Shown: piece after piece, positions 12,196-25,504 of the stretch
Numbering within the stretch: position 1 is the stretch's first letter
Layout: each line of letters starts with the position of its first letter
Assembly: GCF_036321535.1 (NCBI RefSeq)
Contig: NC_087437.1
Span: 91,948,001 to 92,012,000 of the forward strand
Reading direction: 5' to 3'
Origin: Camelus dromedarius
Taxonomy: Eukaryota
DNA: 64,000 nucleotides
Made by a program: the position numbers and the translations under genes
The notes under the pieces: generated by a model
Databases searched by the model: none
Seen by the model: the letters and a program-made list of their open reading frames with translations, nothing else
What the model was told of the DNA's origin: nothing

Positions 12196-14737
12196 TCCCA
12201 AGGCTAAAGCAGGAAGAAATAGAAAATATGAACTTAACAATTGCCAGTAATGAAATTGTATCAGTAATAAAAACAGTTCCTAATGAACAAAAGTCCAGGA
12301 CCAGATGGCTTCACTGGTGATTTCTACCAAACATTTAGAGAAGAGTTAATGCCTGTCCTTCTCAAAGTATTCCAAAAAATTGCAGAGAAAGGAAAACTTA
12401 AGAACTCACTCTGCAAGGCCAGAATCACCCTGATACCTAAAGCAGATAAAGATACCACAAAAAAGAAAATTACAGGCCAGTATGATTTGTGGACATAGAT
12501 ACAAAAATCATGAACAAATTACTAGCAAATTGAATCCAACAACACATTAAAAGTTTCATATACCATGATCAAGTGGGATTTATCCCAGGGAAGCAAGGAT
12601 GGTTCAATGCCTGCAAATCAATGTGATACATCCCATTAAACAAACTGAGGAATAAAAATCATAAGACCATCCCAATAGATGCAAAATTCAACATCCATTT
12701 ATGATTAAAAACTCTTCTGAAAGTAGGCATAGAGGGAACACCCTTCAATATAATAAAGGCTATATAAGACAAATCCACAGCTAACACCATGCTCAATGGT
12801 GAAAAGCTGAAGGCATTTACTCTCAGACCAGAAACACGACAAGGATGCCCACTCTAATCACTTTCATTGATGGGTTTTGAAGGTTCTAGTCACAGCAATC
12901 AAACAATACAAATAAATAAAAGTAATTGGAAAGAAGGAAGTAAAACTGTCACTGTTTGCAGATGACATGATACTATACATAGACAATCCTAAAGATGCCT
13001 CCCCCAAAGCTACTAGAGCTCCTGAATGAATTTGGTGAAGTTGCAGAACACAAAATTAATATATAGAGATCTGTTCCATTTCTATATGCTAACAACAAAC
13101 TCTGAGAAAGAAAAATTAAGAATAAAACCCATTTATCGTCTCATTATAAAGAATAAAACATCTGGGAATAAATTTAACTAAGAAGGTAAAATATCTGTAC
13201 TTGGAAAAATATAAGACAACATTGAAAGAAATTGAAGACAACATAACAGATGAAAAGATATACTACGTTCATGAATTGGAAGAATTAATATTATTAAAAT
13301 AACCATACTACCCAAGGCAATCTACAAATTCCATGCAATCCCTATCATAATAGCAAACGTGTTTTTCACACAAATAGAACAAATAATTCTAAAAATTGTA
13401 CGGAAACTCAAAATACCACTAATAACCAAGGCAATACTGAGGAAAAAAACAGAGCTGGAATTATCACACCCCTTGACTTTATACTATAAAACTAATGTGA
13501 TCAAAACAGTATGATAATGGCACCTAAAAAGACACATAGATCAATGAAATAGAATAGAGAGCCCAGAAATAAACCTATGAGCTTATGATCAATTATGAAA
13601 AATGGAGCAAGAATATGCAATGGGGAAGAGACAGTCTCTTGAATAACCGGCATAGGGCAAACTGGATGGTTACTTGTAAAATAATGAAATTAGACTATTT
13701 TCTTACATCATACCCAAAAATGAACTTAAAATGGATTAAAGACCTAAATATAAGACCAAAAGCTACAAAATTCTAGAAGAATACATAGGCAGAACACGCT
13801 TTGACAGAAATGGTAGCAATACTTTTATTTGTATCTATCTTCTGAGGCAAATGAAACAAAAGAAAAAATAAACAAATGGGAGTTAAGTTTTTTTCACAGC
13901 AAAGGAAACCATCAGCAAGCAAAAAGAAAACCTACTGAATCAGAGAAAATATTTGCAAATGACATGAACAAAATGTATCAACAACTCACACAATTCAGTA
14001 TCAAATAAAAAATCCAATCAAAAATAGGTAGGAGACCTCAATAGACATTATTCCAAAGAAGACATACAGATGGCCAAAAATCACATGATAATATGTTCAA
14101 CATCACTAATCATCAGAGAAATGCAAATCAAAACCACAATGAGATATTACCTCACACCTGTAAGAATGGCTATCAACAAAAAGACAAAGAATAAGAAGTG
14201 TTGGCAAGGATGTAGAGAAGATGGAATTCCTGTACGTTGTTGTGCACTGATTACGGAAAGCAGGATGGAGGTTCATTAAAAAACTACAACTAAAAATAAG
14301 ATCCAACAATTCAACTCCTGATTATATATCTGAAGAATAGGAAAACACTAATTTGAAAAGATACATGCGCCCCAATATTGGTTCATAGCAGCATTATTTA
14401 CAACAGGCAAGATACAAGCAAAAAAATGTCCATTAACAGATTGAGTGAATAAAGAAAATGGGATATACACACACACGCACAATGGAATATTACCCAGTCA
14501 AAAAACGGAAGAAATTCTGCCATTTGCAGCAACATGGATGGCCCCAGAGTGTATTACACTTAGTAAAAGTCAGACAAAAGACAACAGTATGTTCTCACTT
14601 AATATGTGAATTTAAAAAAATAAAATGAATAAATATAACAAACAGAAACAGACTTACAGATATAGAGAACAAATTATTGGTTATCAGTGGGGAAAGGGAT
14701 AGGGGAGTGGCAAGATAGAGGTGAGGGTTTTAACAGA
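12196..14737 (+). mobile_element. LINE-1 ORF2 (post-endonuclease, RT, C-terminus) and partial 3'UTR, decayed
   Basis: [16 protein letters not shown] at 12283 and FADDMILY at 12955. The 3'UTR is cut before the poly(A) tail. Confidence 0.95.
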
Positions 14738-15617
14738 CATCATTTATTCATGATTTATGAATCATCAGTGATTCCTGTTTGTTTCAAATATCTGACGTGA
14801 TGTATACCTGTTTTTCTCATCAAGTAACCACCATAACACTCAATTTCCCAGGGAATGGAAATGACAATGTAACAAAGTTTATTTCTTACTATAAAATTAT
14901 AAAAATATAATTTGTACATATACACACTGCCAATATAATATGTAGATTTGTATGTGTGTGGTTTTGTGTCTCAGTTGTATACAGAGAATAAGATAGAGAA
15001 GACTGAAATACTTAGAAAAAAATATAAGCTGTGTGCAGGTTTATTTCTAGCCTTTTAAACTTAATAACATGCAGTGAGTATTTTACCATGTACTTAAATA
15101 TATCATTTATCATTTAGTTTATTTTCAATTTTTCATGAATATGTAGAAATAACTTTTCTAAGATAAATTAGAATATAAAATGTTTATATTTTATGAAAGA
15201 AAATGGCTTTGAACTAGAAGTTGAAGCAGACAAATGGATTGAAAAAATGGTATAACAAAAGAACTTCCATTTGGTAAAAAGATAATTAGATTTTCATAAG
15301 GAAATGTTCTTAACAGAGACTCCTACGCTAAGGAGTAATGGAAGAAAAATTAGTAAGTGAGATCAAATTAGCTAAGGCAATAAAAGAAAGAGAAACTTAG
15401 ACTATTCAGGGAAGTGTCAGTAAAAATGTGTTTATTTGTATAAAGTGGGTTGCTCTGGTTATAAGAGGAATGATTGGAAGTTAATATGAGGTGTGATGGT
15501 TCTGAAAACTAGAGGAGCAAGCGACAGTTTTGAAGGTATTGTTTTTCTGTAGATGGAGATAAAGGAATAGAGTTTTGCAGTGTTAAAGTTGGGTGTTTAT
15601 AGCCACAAGTTTAGCAC

Positions 15618-15619
<2 letters not shown>

Positions 15620-15676
<57 letters not shown>
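15620..15676. repeat. (AC)28 microsatellite
   Basis: Perfect dinucleotide run. Confidence 0.98.
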
Positions 15677-15679
<3 letters not shown>

Positions 15680-15899
15680 AAAACTATACCAGGGACAAAA
15701 ATGTGAAGAGTCAGTAATGTTAACTGGTAGAAAAATACAGTCACATCTTTTAAGTGTCCACTCCACAAGGCCATTACCTTCTTCAACCAACTAATACAAG
15801 AGTGATAACAACCCCATGTATTCAGCTTGGTTGGACAGAAGGCCAAATCATAAACTCAATTATAACCATGTTTATGCAAACAAATAACAGCAACAGTAA

Positions 15900-16127
15900 C
15901 AATAAACAGCCAGTGTGTGCAGAATCCAGAAGCTGAAATTCTCCTGTGCAGAGAAAAGCAGATCTAAGAGAAACTGAAGAAAAGAGGCTCCCTGGATCCT
16001 GAAAACCTTAAGATCTAGCTAAATTACCTCCTTTTAAGTTGGATCATGGTGTAACCTCTGATAAATGTTCATCTCTGCTTGAGGTTATCTGAAGTGAGCT
16101 TATGACACTTCCAACCAAAAGAATCTT
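15900..16127 (+). mobile_element. Old MLT1-type (ERVL-MaLR) LTR 3' part
   Basis: Ends gataaatgttcatctctgcttgagg...gacacttccaaccaaaagaatc, like MLT1 LTR termini. Confidence 0.5.
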
Positions 16128-16589
16128 TATTCAAACTTTTAATTAGTACAGAGAAGATATGTCTGGGTTGTCTTAATTTGAGGATAAAAAGGAATTTACC
16201 CTAAATCTAGATTGTAGAATAATAAATTTTAGTATTCCTAAGTCCATCCAATTAGCCAGAACACAACAGAATTATAATTTGAAAGTATAGACAGTGAATA
16301 TGTTTTACAGTGAAGCTGAGAAAACTGATTAATAAACAGAACAAATGACTTGTTCTAACAGCCATACACAGAACGATACCTGACATTAAATCTCAAAGCA
16401 GGGGTTGCTCAACACCTCTTTCTTGTGTTTTCCCTAGTGTTGTTTGGATAAAAATAAGTAGCAACAAATCTTTTTTCTTAGCATAAAGTACAATTCTGCA
16501 AGTGCAGGTGATTTCAGTAAGTCTCAGATCCTCTCAGGACTCTGTGCAGTTTTTAAAATAACTTCTGGAGGCACTGCAATGACAACAGG

Positions 16590-16825
16590 AGCCATTACTG
16601 AACCACTTGATATTATGTTACAATACATATGAGTTTTGCATATAGTTAATTTAACTCTCATAAAAATCTACACATCAATTTTTATTATTAGTCACCTTCA
16701 GCAGATGACTCTGAGGCCCAGGGAAGTTAGATGAATTGCTCAGCTAAACAGAGGTAGCAAATCATTCAGTGTGAGTTCAAAATTAGATACCCTGCCTCCC
16801 AAGTCTATCTTTTAAAACCCTTAAG
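16590..16825 (-). mobile_element. MIR SINE
   Basis: cagatgactctgaggcccagggaagttagatgaattgctc matches the reverse MIR core. Confidence 0.7.
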
Positions 16826-16846
16826 CTGTATCTCCTCTCTTATTTA

Positions 16847-17062
16847 GAACACGGTGTGACAGAAAGATCACTGAGCCTGGAGTTAGAATACTTAATTTCT
16901 GTTCTTAATTCTGCTAATTACTATCTCTTGATCTTTAACAGATCACTTAATCTCTCTGCTTCAATTTTCTTTATCTGTACACTAGGAGCAAGACTTGGTC
17001 TCTTGAGGAACAAAATGTGATGATAAGTGTTAAGTGTTTTGTAAAAAGCAAAGCTTTATAAA
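16847..17062 (+). mobile_element. MIR/MIR3 SINE
   Basis: agatcacttaatctctctgcttcaattttctttatctgta matches the MIR core. Confidence 0.7.
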
Positions 17063-17434
17063 ATCAGTCTCGTGTTTCCTTCGGATCATCCTAGGTTGTG
17101 CCATAGTGTTCGAAAAATACAATCTTAAAAAATACTGGTGAACTGATTATAAAGATTGTGTTGAAGCAGAGAAAATATTATACAGTTTTAGCCCAGGAGG
17201 CAGGAAAAAATCTTGTGCCATTAGAAGAAAGAGAGAAAACTAAAAGCCACTTTTATGAGACAAGATGAAGACTTGCTATACTGAACAGTTTAAAATACAA
17301 GGCACACATATATAATTTAAAGAAACTTTAATTTGAGATGCTGGCAAAATATGACTGGAGCTTCTTGGAGAGGTTGAAATTGGAGGTGGATATTAAGGCA
17401 TCAGTGTATAACTAGAATATATTTTCCAAATCCT

Positions 17435-17655
17435 TCATTTGCTTTCTATTGCTATGGAATACATTACCACAAGCTTTATGGTATATTAAAAAAAAAAAAA
17501 AGGCAGGTATCATTTCAAAGTTTCCTGGATCAGGATTATGAATATGGGTTAGTTGGGTCCTGTGCTCAGGGTATCACCATGCTGAACTAAAAGTTCAGGA
17601 TGGCCAGGGCTGCAAATCTGAACTGAGGCTGGAGTCCTTTTCCATGCTTAGTGGA
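17435..17655 (-). mobile_element. MLT1 (D/E/F-like) LTR fragment
   Basis: ttctattgct...attaccacaag...ttagttgggtcctgtgctcagggtatcac...gccagggctgca. Confidence 0.7.
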
Positions 17656-17879
17656 TTTTCACTGTTTTAGACATGGAACTAAAACAGATTTTTCACTTTT
17701 AAATGGAGACCTTTTTTAACCAAAAGAAGGAATTATCTTCAGATTGAAATAACTGATGGAATCTATTTAATACCACACAAAATTATTCAGCTTTAAACAT
17801 AGTAAAAGATAATGTTGATTCAGGTCATGACAGAGTAAATAATACTAAAGTAAACAATAGTCATTGCATATAAACTATT

Positions 17880-18790
17880 ATCATAATTATGTGAGACAAC
17901 GTTTCCTAGATATTGGTGGTTAGTACAAGACTAAGATTTCTGAAATAAGTGCCTTAAGACAGCTCAGTACTCTGTCATCAGGCAATTTTCTAACTGCAGC
18001 AGAGGGAAGTGGAATACAAGTGGAACACTGCTAGTTTTTTTTTTTTTTTTTTAAACTAGAGTCAGAGATCAGAATATGGGAGTTCCAAACCAACTGGAAT
18101 TTGTGGGGCAGGCCCTAAAGGAAACCTAATAAATGTGGGCTCTACAAGTCTGTGTGCCAGGAACTTAGGGGTCTCTGGCTAAGAGTTTAGTTGTGAATGC
18201 AAATGTCAAGACATCATGAGGCAAATCAGATGCAGGTGTAATGGCCTGAGAGGAAACAGAGATGCTAGAGTGTTGAAAGTACACAAACCAAAATGAGAAA
18301 TTGACAAAATTATAATTATAGATTTTGAGAACTTGTTGAGAGCAAATGAAATATAAATAAATAAAATTATTAATGCTATAAAGAGTCCAAGTGATGCCAT
18401 CACATAATGTCTATATAATTTACAGAGTAACAGTATAGACAACTTCAGATTGTGCATTCTTTTCAAGTACACATGGAATTTTAACCAATATAGACCATTT
18501 TCAGGACCATAAAAATCCAATACAAATTTTAAAAGACTGAAGTTATGCAAAGCATACTGTCTACCACAGAAAATTCAACCTAGTGTTATTAAGGTATTTT
18601 TAAAGCTGTCAGATTTTTTTGGAAGTTAAAAAATATATACTCCTAAATAACCGAACGTCAAAGAATAAATCACAGTAGACATACATTGTAAATTGAATGG
18701 TATTATAACATATCAAAACTTGTGAGAGAGTTAATTAGGAAAAAAGCACATTTACAGCTTTAAACACTTATATGAAAAAGAAGAGAAAAT
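17880..18790 (+). mobile_element. Ancient L1M fragments (5' region plus endonuclease relic)
   Basis: ttcaagtacacatggaattttaaccaatatagaccat and ctcctaaataacc are endonuclease-region relics. Confidence 0.65.
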
Positions 18791-18829
18791 TCTTACTTCA
18801 ATTAAGAATGAAGTGAAATGAAAAGTTTT

Positions 18830-20300
18830 ACTTCAAGTTCCGGCAATACTGCTGTAACTTTTACTAATTATTTTCCCCATATCATAAACACTAGAAAATT
18901 TGAAGAGATACATGAAATTGTTATTGTTTTACTTAAACTGCAGGCAGAGTGTGAATGTGATGTGTGGAAGAAAGGAAGCAAATGAGATGAGCCCAGTGAT
19001 TCCCTAGTATTTTCCTGAAGGTTTTTTTTTTCCCCTCAGAACTGAGCACAGGAGAAGGTAACTCAAGAAAAGAACAGTAGTCTTGCCGAGTTGAGAAGTG
19101 AGGAAATAGACCGTGTAAAGGCTTAGTTAGCTGCAACTGGTGGAGCAGAATAGCAACAGGAGGAAGTTATGCAGAAACATAGCTCCAAAAACAAGCATGA
19201 AATATCCTTGTGCCTTTGCCAAATACAAACTGTTCATGGGCTTGGTGAGACTCCATAAGACTTTGCAGGGATGAACCAAGAAATTATAAAATAAGCAATT
19301 TCCAGATTTTACACAATGCAATCAAGATTCAAGTTCCAATTACGAGAGTCATGAGACCTGATTTAACATTCAGGATATTCAGTAGAAACTCCAGAATTTT
19401 CATGCTTCAATAATTGGGCTAAACTAGCTTTACAGGACAATAAAGTGACACATTAACAAAACTTTTAAAAGGAAATTGAAAGTATAAAGCTGATGTGCAA
19501 GTTTCTTATATACCTGCCCCCAAACAAATTCCAACATTTCATTAAAGGAAGACAACAAAATCCAACACTCAACAATAACAGCCTTAATATTCAGCAACAA
19601 GTCAAAAATTACTTGGCATGCAAAGAACCTAAAAAATCTCATCCACAGGCAGTAGAAATATCTATCATTAAGAAAAAATAGACCTAGAAATGACAGGAAA
19701 GTCTGATTTCTTTGACACAGATTTTTAAAGTTATTATTATACATAGCTGAATGATTTAAGAGAAAACATGAACAAAATATGGAGAGAAGTGGAAGTCATA
19801 AAAATGGAAATTCCAGAGGTGAAAATCAATTTTATGATTTTTAAAATAATTATTAAATGGGCCTCACACCAGATTAGTCGCTGCAGAAGAGAAGATCAGT
19901 GCTCCAAATAAACTGAAGTGCATACAAAAAAAAAAAAAAAAAAAGGGAAAAACATGTCTCAGTAACCTTCGAGAAGTACACGTAATTGGAGTGGCAGAAA
20001 GTGAAAGTAAGAAAAATATGTTGAACAGATCTAGATAATGACAGATTTTTGCCCAATTTCATAAAAACTGAAAACCCAGAAATTAAGGAAGTTCAATAAA
20101 AACCAAGCAAGATAACCACAAGAAATATGACATCAAGGCACATAATGATAAAATTACTGAAGATAAGTACCCTAAAGAAAGAAAAACTCTTAGAAACAAC
20201 AGGATAGGACACATAATATAAAGGAAACAAAAGAAAAGAGTAAGAGCAGATTTCTCATAAGAAATAATATATTCCAAAGAATAACAAAAAAAGAAAAAGC
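18830..20300 (+). mobile_element. Ancient L1M 5'UTR/ORF1 relic
   Basis: A-rich ORF1-like tract ending taagagcagatttctcataagaaataat. Confidence 0.65.
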
Positions 20301-20614
20301 AAAAAACAATAAACACATATGATCAACGCTGGAGATAGAACTTGTAGAACGTGGGGTGATGAAAGAAAGTTTAAGAACTGGCTTCTTATAGATAGAGACA
20401 ATATATTCATTTTGAAATTTCAATGTAAAAATTATTCTTTCAGATTATGGTTTCATAATTATTTTAAATGTTATAATATTCTAATGTAGAGTATTTTAAT
20501 AAATATGATGTTATTTTTATAATTTAAGTTAAATGACATTTATTTTTTGTAACCCAGTATATATGCATTGTATTCATATAAAACCATTTCATCTGTCTGC
20601 CTGTCTAGTCCTCT

Positions 20615-21269
20615 TACTAGAGCAGGCAGATAGCTAGATATGAGCAGAGAAAGGGGGACACAGACCAAATGGCAGGAACTGGGCAGAAAGGAGGGGCACA
20701 GGCCAAATGCAGGAAACCACACATTGTGTAAGCAGCAGGGGTCCCTGGGCTGAGAAAGAAAAGCAGGAACCTTTGGGCTGATAAGGGATCATGCTTTTTG
20801 GGGTGACAAGTCGCCTGGAGAACATAGAAAGGTGAGAAAAGGCAGGAATTTCCAGTGTCCAAATGTAACCTTTTGCTCATTATGCCCTCATTTCAATAAA
20901 ATTAGCCTTGCAGATCAGAAGTACCCATCATGCACCGACGTCATGACACTTCCAAACCAGACTAAATAAGGACAAAAATCCCTCCTCCCTTTGGGAAAGT
21001 GGAGTTGGGATGATAATCAGGGAATACGACCCCAAACCCTTCCTCCGCAACGAATATTCTGCCCATTCATTTTTACACCCTATGTAGCTAACTTGCCGAA
21101 GAAACTCAGGGCAGCCTCTCACCTGAGCCTGTCCGCTCTCCCCTTGAGAGTGTACTATCCATCCTTTAATAAATCCTCATTTTACCTTTTTTAACCACTA
21201 TGTCTTGTCTCTGAATTTTTTCTGGGATGGGACAAGAACCTGGAACGCCGGTTGCATCTATCGGCAACA
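20615..21269 (+). mobile_element. ERV1-class solo LTR, about 655 bp
   Basis: GC- and CpG-richer block ending ...ggcaaCA. AATAAA at 21168. The 5' end reads TA rather than TG. Flanks ctct/ttct fit a 4-bp TSD with one mismatch. Internal ~38-bp duplication at 20644-20717. Confidence 0.85.
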
Positions 21270-22789
21270 TTCTTTTTCTCTATATATCCATTCATCTTCT
21301 GTTTGTTTTTCTATAACTTCCACTCATTCATCCACCCTTCCATTCATTCTTCTAGTTTTATATCCATTCAAATATAAAAAGATTATATATACATATGAAT
21401 ATGTAATGATGTTTTTCTGATGATAAAATGTTTACATCTGTGTAGTAATATTCTGGAGATTACATTTTTTGCAAAATAATTTTCATTTTTTTAAATTACT
21501 TTTACTTAAGTATATGTAGTCTTATTCAAATTATGGTATTATTAAAATGATTAGACATTAAATCATAAAAGGAAAACATTAAATATATTCATTTCCAAGC
21601 ACAATTTTTATTGCCATTGGTGCATGCCTCACAGAGAAGGGTTACCGTCTGCTTTGAAATGGAACAGCAGGTATCAATATTCCTGTTATGCACATAGTAA
21701 TTCCTTGCTAAATGGGAAGTGTGTTTTTAGAAAATGTCGCTCAGAGGAAAAATACATTAAGCAAACACAGTAAGAGGCTAGAAGAAATAGCTGCGATGAG
21801 ATAGTGCTTCAGAATTTTTCTGCAATCACTCCTCGTATGCTTAGCATCCCATGCTGTTCACCATCTTGGCTTAGATGGTACTTTATTTTCATCTGCTCTG
21901 GAATTACAAACAAATGAACTTATTCAGCTGCCTGCAATAAATGCTTTTATATTCTGAGATGTTTTAATTCTACACTGTAGAGAAAAATTAAAGAATGCTA
22001 CTACTGATAAATATGCCTCATGCTTGCTGTTTATTGATATGTAAATTGAGTTTGGTCAGTAAGACTTTTTTTTCCCCTAAGGAATTAAATCTGCTTAAAC
22101 CCTATCAAGCTTAGGATGTTCAAGTATGCTATTTAGGAGAAGCTAGCATTGCCATTTCTTGTAATTATGCTATTTTGTCCAGGTAACTCTCAACTTAGAG
22201 CAAGGTCGCTTATGTGAAAGTTTAGACTGGAGCTCTATTTGGTTTCTAGGAGTATTTACAATATTGTAAATATGAGGAAGGGCTATACCACATGTCAAGG
22301 TTCTCAGCATAATTTCCCACTGGCTGAGGGCCTTATGCAGGGCGGCTTGATATAGACCTTATATTGTCTTCATAAATGGTTTTTAGTTAAGGATTCTTAC
22401 AACCTTCCCCCAATGACTTGTAGTGCTCATATTTTCATCAAACTACAGTAATTTGCAGCCCTAAACTCATTATTTTCAGCATGTGCTTTGCCTGGCACTG
22501 TAATTTTAGACAATGTGTGTGGATTTCATAGGTTTTTCTAGGGTATTTAAGGACATCGTTGAAAGAAGTCTCATCTATCCTGTCAGGAGGAAATTATATT
22601 CCCAGGAAAATAACACCCTAAACAGATTACTGATGGAGACAAGACAACATGACTAGAGATTTCTTACTTCTCAGCACATTATTCGTGATTAGCAACAGTA
22701 TTAATTTGTTTAACTTATAAATGAAGTGAGCATGCCATTAATTTTCTACTCAGGCTTAATGAGAACCACTTCAATGTAGTTCAATGAAT

Positions 22790-22992
22790 GCAGGCATTGT
22801 AATCAAACTGACTGGTTTTGGAATCTGACTTCTGATCTTTCTCTTGTGGCTTTAGAAACCTAACAGCTTTTTTTTTTAAATTTTTTTTTAATGTTTCAGT
22901 TTCCTCATCCTTAAACTGGACGTAAATGTCTTAACTTTTAGGTATATACTGTGGTGACTAGATACATTAATTCATTTTAAAGTGCCTAGGTC
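22790..22992 (+). mobile_element. MIR SINE
   Basis: tcagtttcctcatccttaaactgg core and ...taaagtgcctag tail. Confidence 0.6.
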
Positions 22993-23206
22993 TATATATC
23001 TCTGTATTAACAAAAATAAGTTATTCTGATTATCTGGTACTTATTTTTACTAAATATGGTAACCTATGCTAGAAATTACAAAACTAAACTAAGATTTATT
23101 CCCTATAATTAAACAAATAAGGGTTAGTGCTCAAATGTAAATTCACTCTTATAATCCCTTGTGAATAAATAGACATTTCTTGCATAACACGTGACATATA
23201 TAGAAC

Positions 23207-23687
23207 TGTCGACTGAAATAAATGCACAGACTAGACGTTGAGTTATGTTCTATTTGGTGGGAAGACTAGAGTCTAGCCAGGATGACAGCCTCTCAGATCG
23301 CTCTGAGGGACTGCTCCGAAGAGGTAGGGGAGGAGCTAGGATATATAGGCGCTTTACAACAAAGACCAGTTAGTTGGAACATTAAAAGATTACCTGTTAA
23401 TTTAGAAAACCAGGCATCTCAAGTTAGAGAATTTAGTGCTTTTCTATGTATGGGAGGAAGCAAACATTTGGGCTCATGGAATTCATTCCTTTGACAAGCA
23501 CCTAGCTATCTAGGGCCAGTATCCTGTCCTTTCTTATTCTGAGTCCCCTCAGGGTGCACCATTGTGAGTGGCTGCAGAGGCTGGCCTGCAGGCTTGTCTT
23601 CACTGGTGGGTGGCGGCAGAGGCTGATGATCTGATGGTTTCATCATTCTTTGTTTACTGATACGGTTTGCAGTATTTTTCGTTCACA
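23207..23687 (-). mobile_element. MER41-like ERV1 solo LTR (similar to cetartiodactyl MER41_BT), 481 bp
   Basis: TG...CA ends with flanks gaac/gaag (4-bp TSD, one mismatch). Contains gacagcctctcagatcgctctgagggactgctccgaagagg and ctatctagggccagtatcctg, recalled from the MER41 family. TATATA near 23342. Confidence 0.85.
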
Positions 23688-25504
23688 GAAGCATGAGACA
23701 TACCTCTTTAGAACTCACTGAAAATTATTTGAACTTGTGAAGATGACTCTACAGTTATTTCAATATCCACTGGCATAACTCAAATAACTTTGAAAAATTA
23801 TATTCTTCGCAGTTAAATATATGGGAGAAATAAAGAAATTTTTTTATTTGTAAAACTTTGTTTTGTTTTGTTTGGTGTTTTTCCCCCCCCTCCTTTTGAT
23901 GCTCTGTAACTGTGTGCCTGCAGTAATTTAGAAAACTGTGTTTATACAAATGTTGCAGAAAGCCTACACATTCTCAATATGTTTACTGACTTTTGACAAA
24001 AGTAGCATCTAATTCCTAGAAACTGACACATTTTAGAGGGATATTAAGGCAATCCTGAAGACCTTTATGCCAATTTTATACCTTGAAACTTACAAGAATT
24101 AAATATTTCCTATGAAAGAAAATTTATAAAAATAACTCAAAAATCATATTAATTTAGTTCAGTAAGACTATTATTTATCTTCACAAGACATATATTTAAG
24201 TAAATTGTAAAAATGTATTTTGTAAACATCCGATTTCCAAATAATCTTATCCAAACTCACTGCCTCTGCAAAAAAACATTTAGCATACTCTTCGAGTAAC
24301 ACACTCAATGGTAAACGTCAAAATTCTAATTTTTAAGTACCTTCTAGCTTGTTGACTTATTAAAGCTCTTTGTTGTAATTAGTAGTGATCATACATAACT
24401 ATACATTGTTTTAATCAACTGTACAAACTAAATATTTTAGATGCACTAATCTGACATGATTTGTAATAAATCAAATAATCATGACAAAAGGTATACGCAT
24501 ACTTTAAATATCTAATTTTACCGTAAAATTTGCATTTATTAGTGAATTTTCCACTGTGAAAGGATACTATTTTTTCCTAATGTGGATGCCCTATATTTGA
24601 TTTTGCCATTTTTGTCTAGACCAATAGCAACATAAGCAACATACAGACATGTCTACTTCATGTTTCTTTCAAATGGAGAAAAACATACAGAAATTTGTGA
24701 GCCTTTTGAATGCAATTATATTTTATACTTTTAACATTCAATTATCATTTAAAGTTGTTTCTTATATCATTTCTAATTTAATAGTTCTTTAAAAACTATT
24801 TTTTCACATTCCAAAAGGCTCTATGTGATTTCTAGAAAAATCAGTATGATCTACATCATTCGAAAGCTCTCTTTATGATTTCTATAAAAATGGTCACATA
24901 TCTTGTTTATTTGTATAATATTTAATGGAACTATATAATGATAACAACTGTATCAGGAATAAATAGATTTTGAAATAAACACAAATAACTCTTGGTAAGC
25001 ATGCAATTCAGCTAGTGGGATCAGAATTTAGCAAGTGTAATCAGAGACACAATAATCTACCAGGTCCAATCATTCATCCTGACATAGACATTAGGCTACT
25101 TGTTTTACAAGGCAAAGTGCAAAGATGTAGTTTATCTGACATATACTTCATGTGGAAATGAGTTTTTTGCTATATTTATGTTTAATGTAGGTATTCTGAA
25201 AGAATTTCCATATAATTTTTACTCATATGGAACTATTTCTATCTATAAAATATTTGTTTTAAATTTTCACAGTAATTGTTTAAAAAATTTAAGATAAAGC
25301 AAATTTTATGGATGTTTTGACACTAATAAGTTACAACTAATATTTCATTTACCCATGTGTAGAGACTGATGACTAGAAATAATTTAGTTTCAACAAGATT
25401 AGACATACATAAATTTATCCACAATATTAAAACCTAACAGTACATTCTCTGTGCAGAGATATAATAGAGAAATCATAATACTACCATAATTAGATGGTAC
25501 ATTA

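Noticed and set aside
11563..12250. Overlapping 60-112 aa ORFs as real genes
   Set aside because: Expected by-product of GC-rich repetitive 5'UTR sequence, with no recognisable protein.
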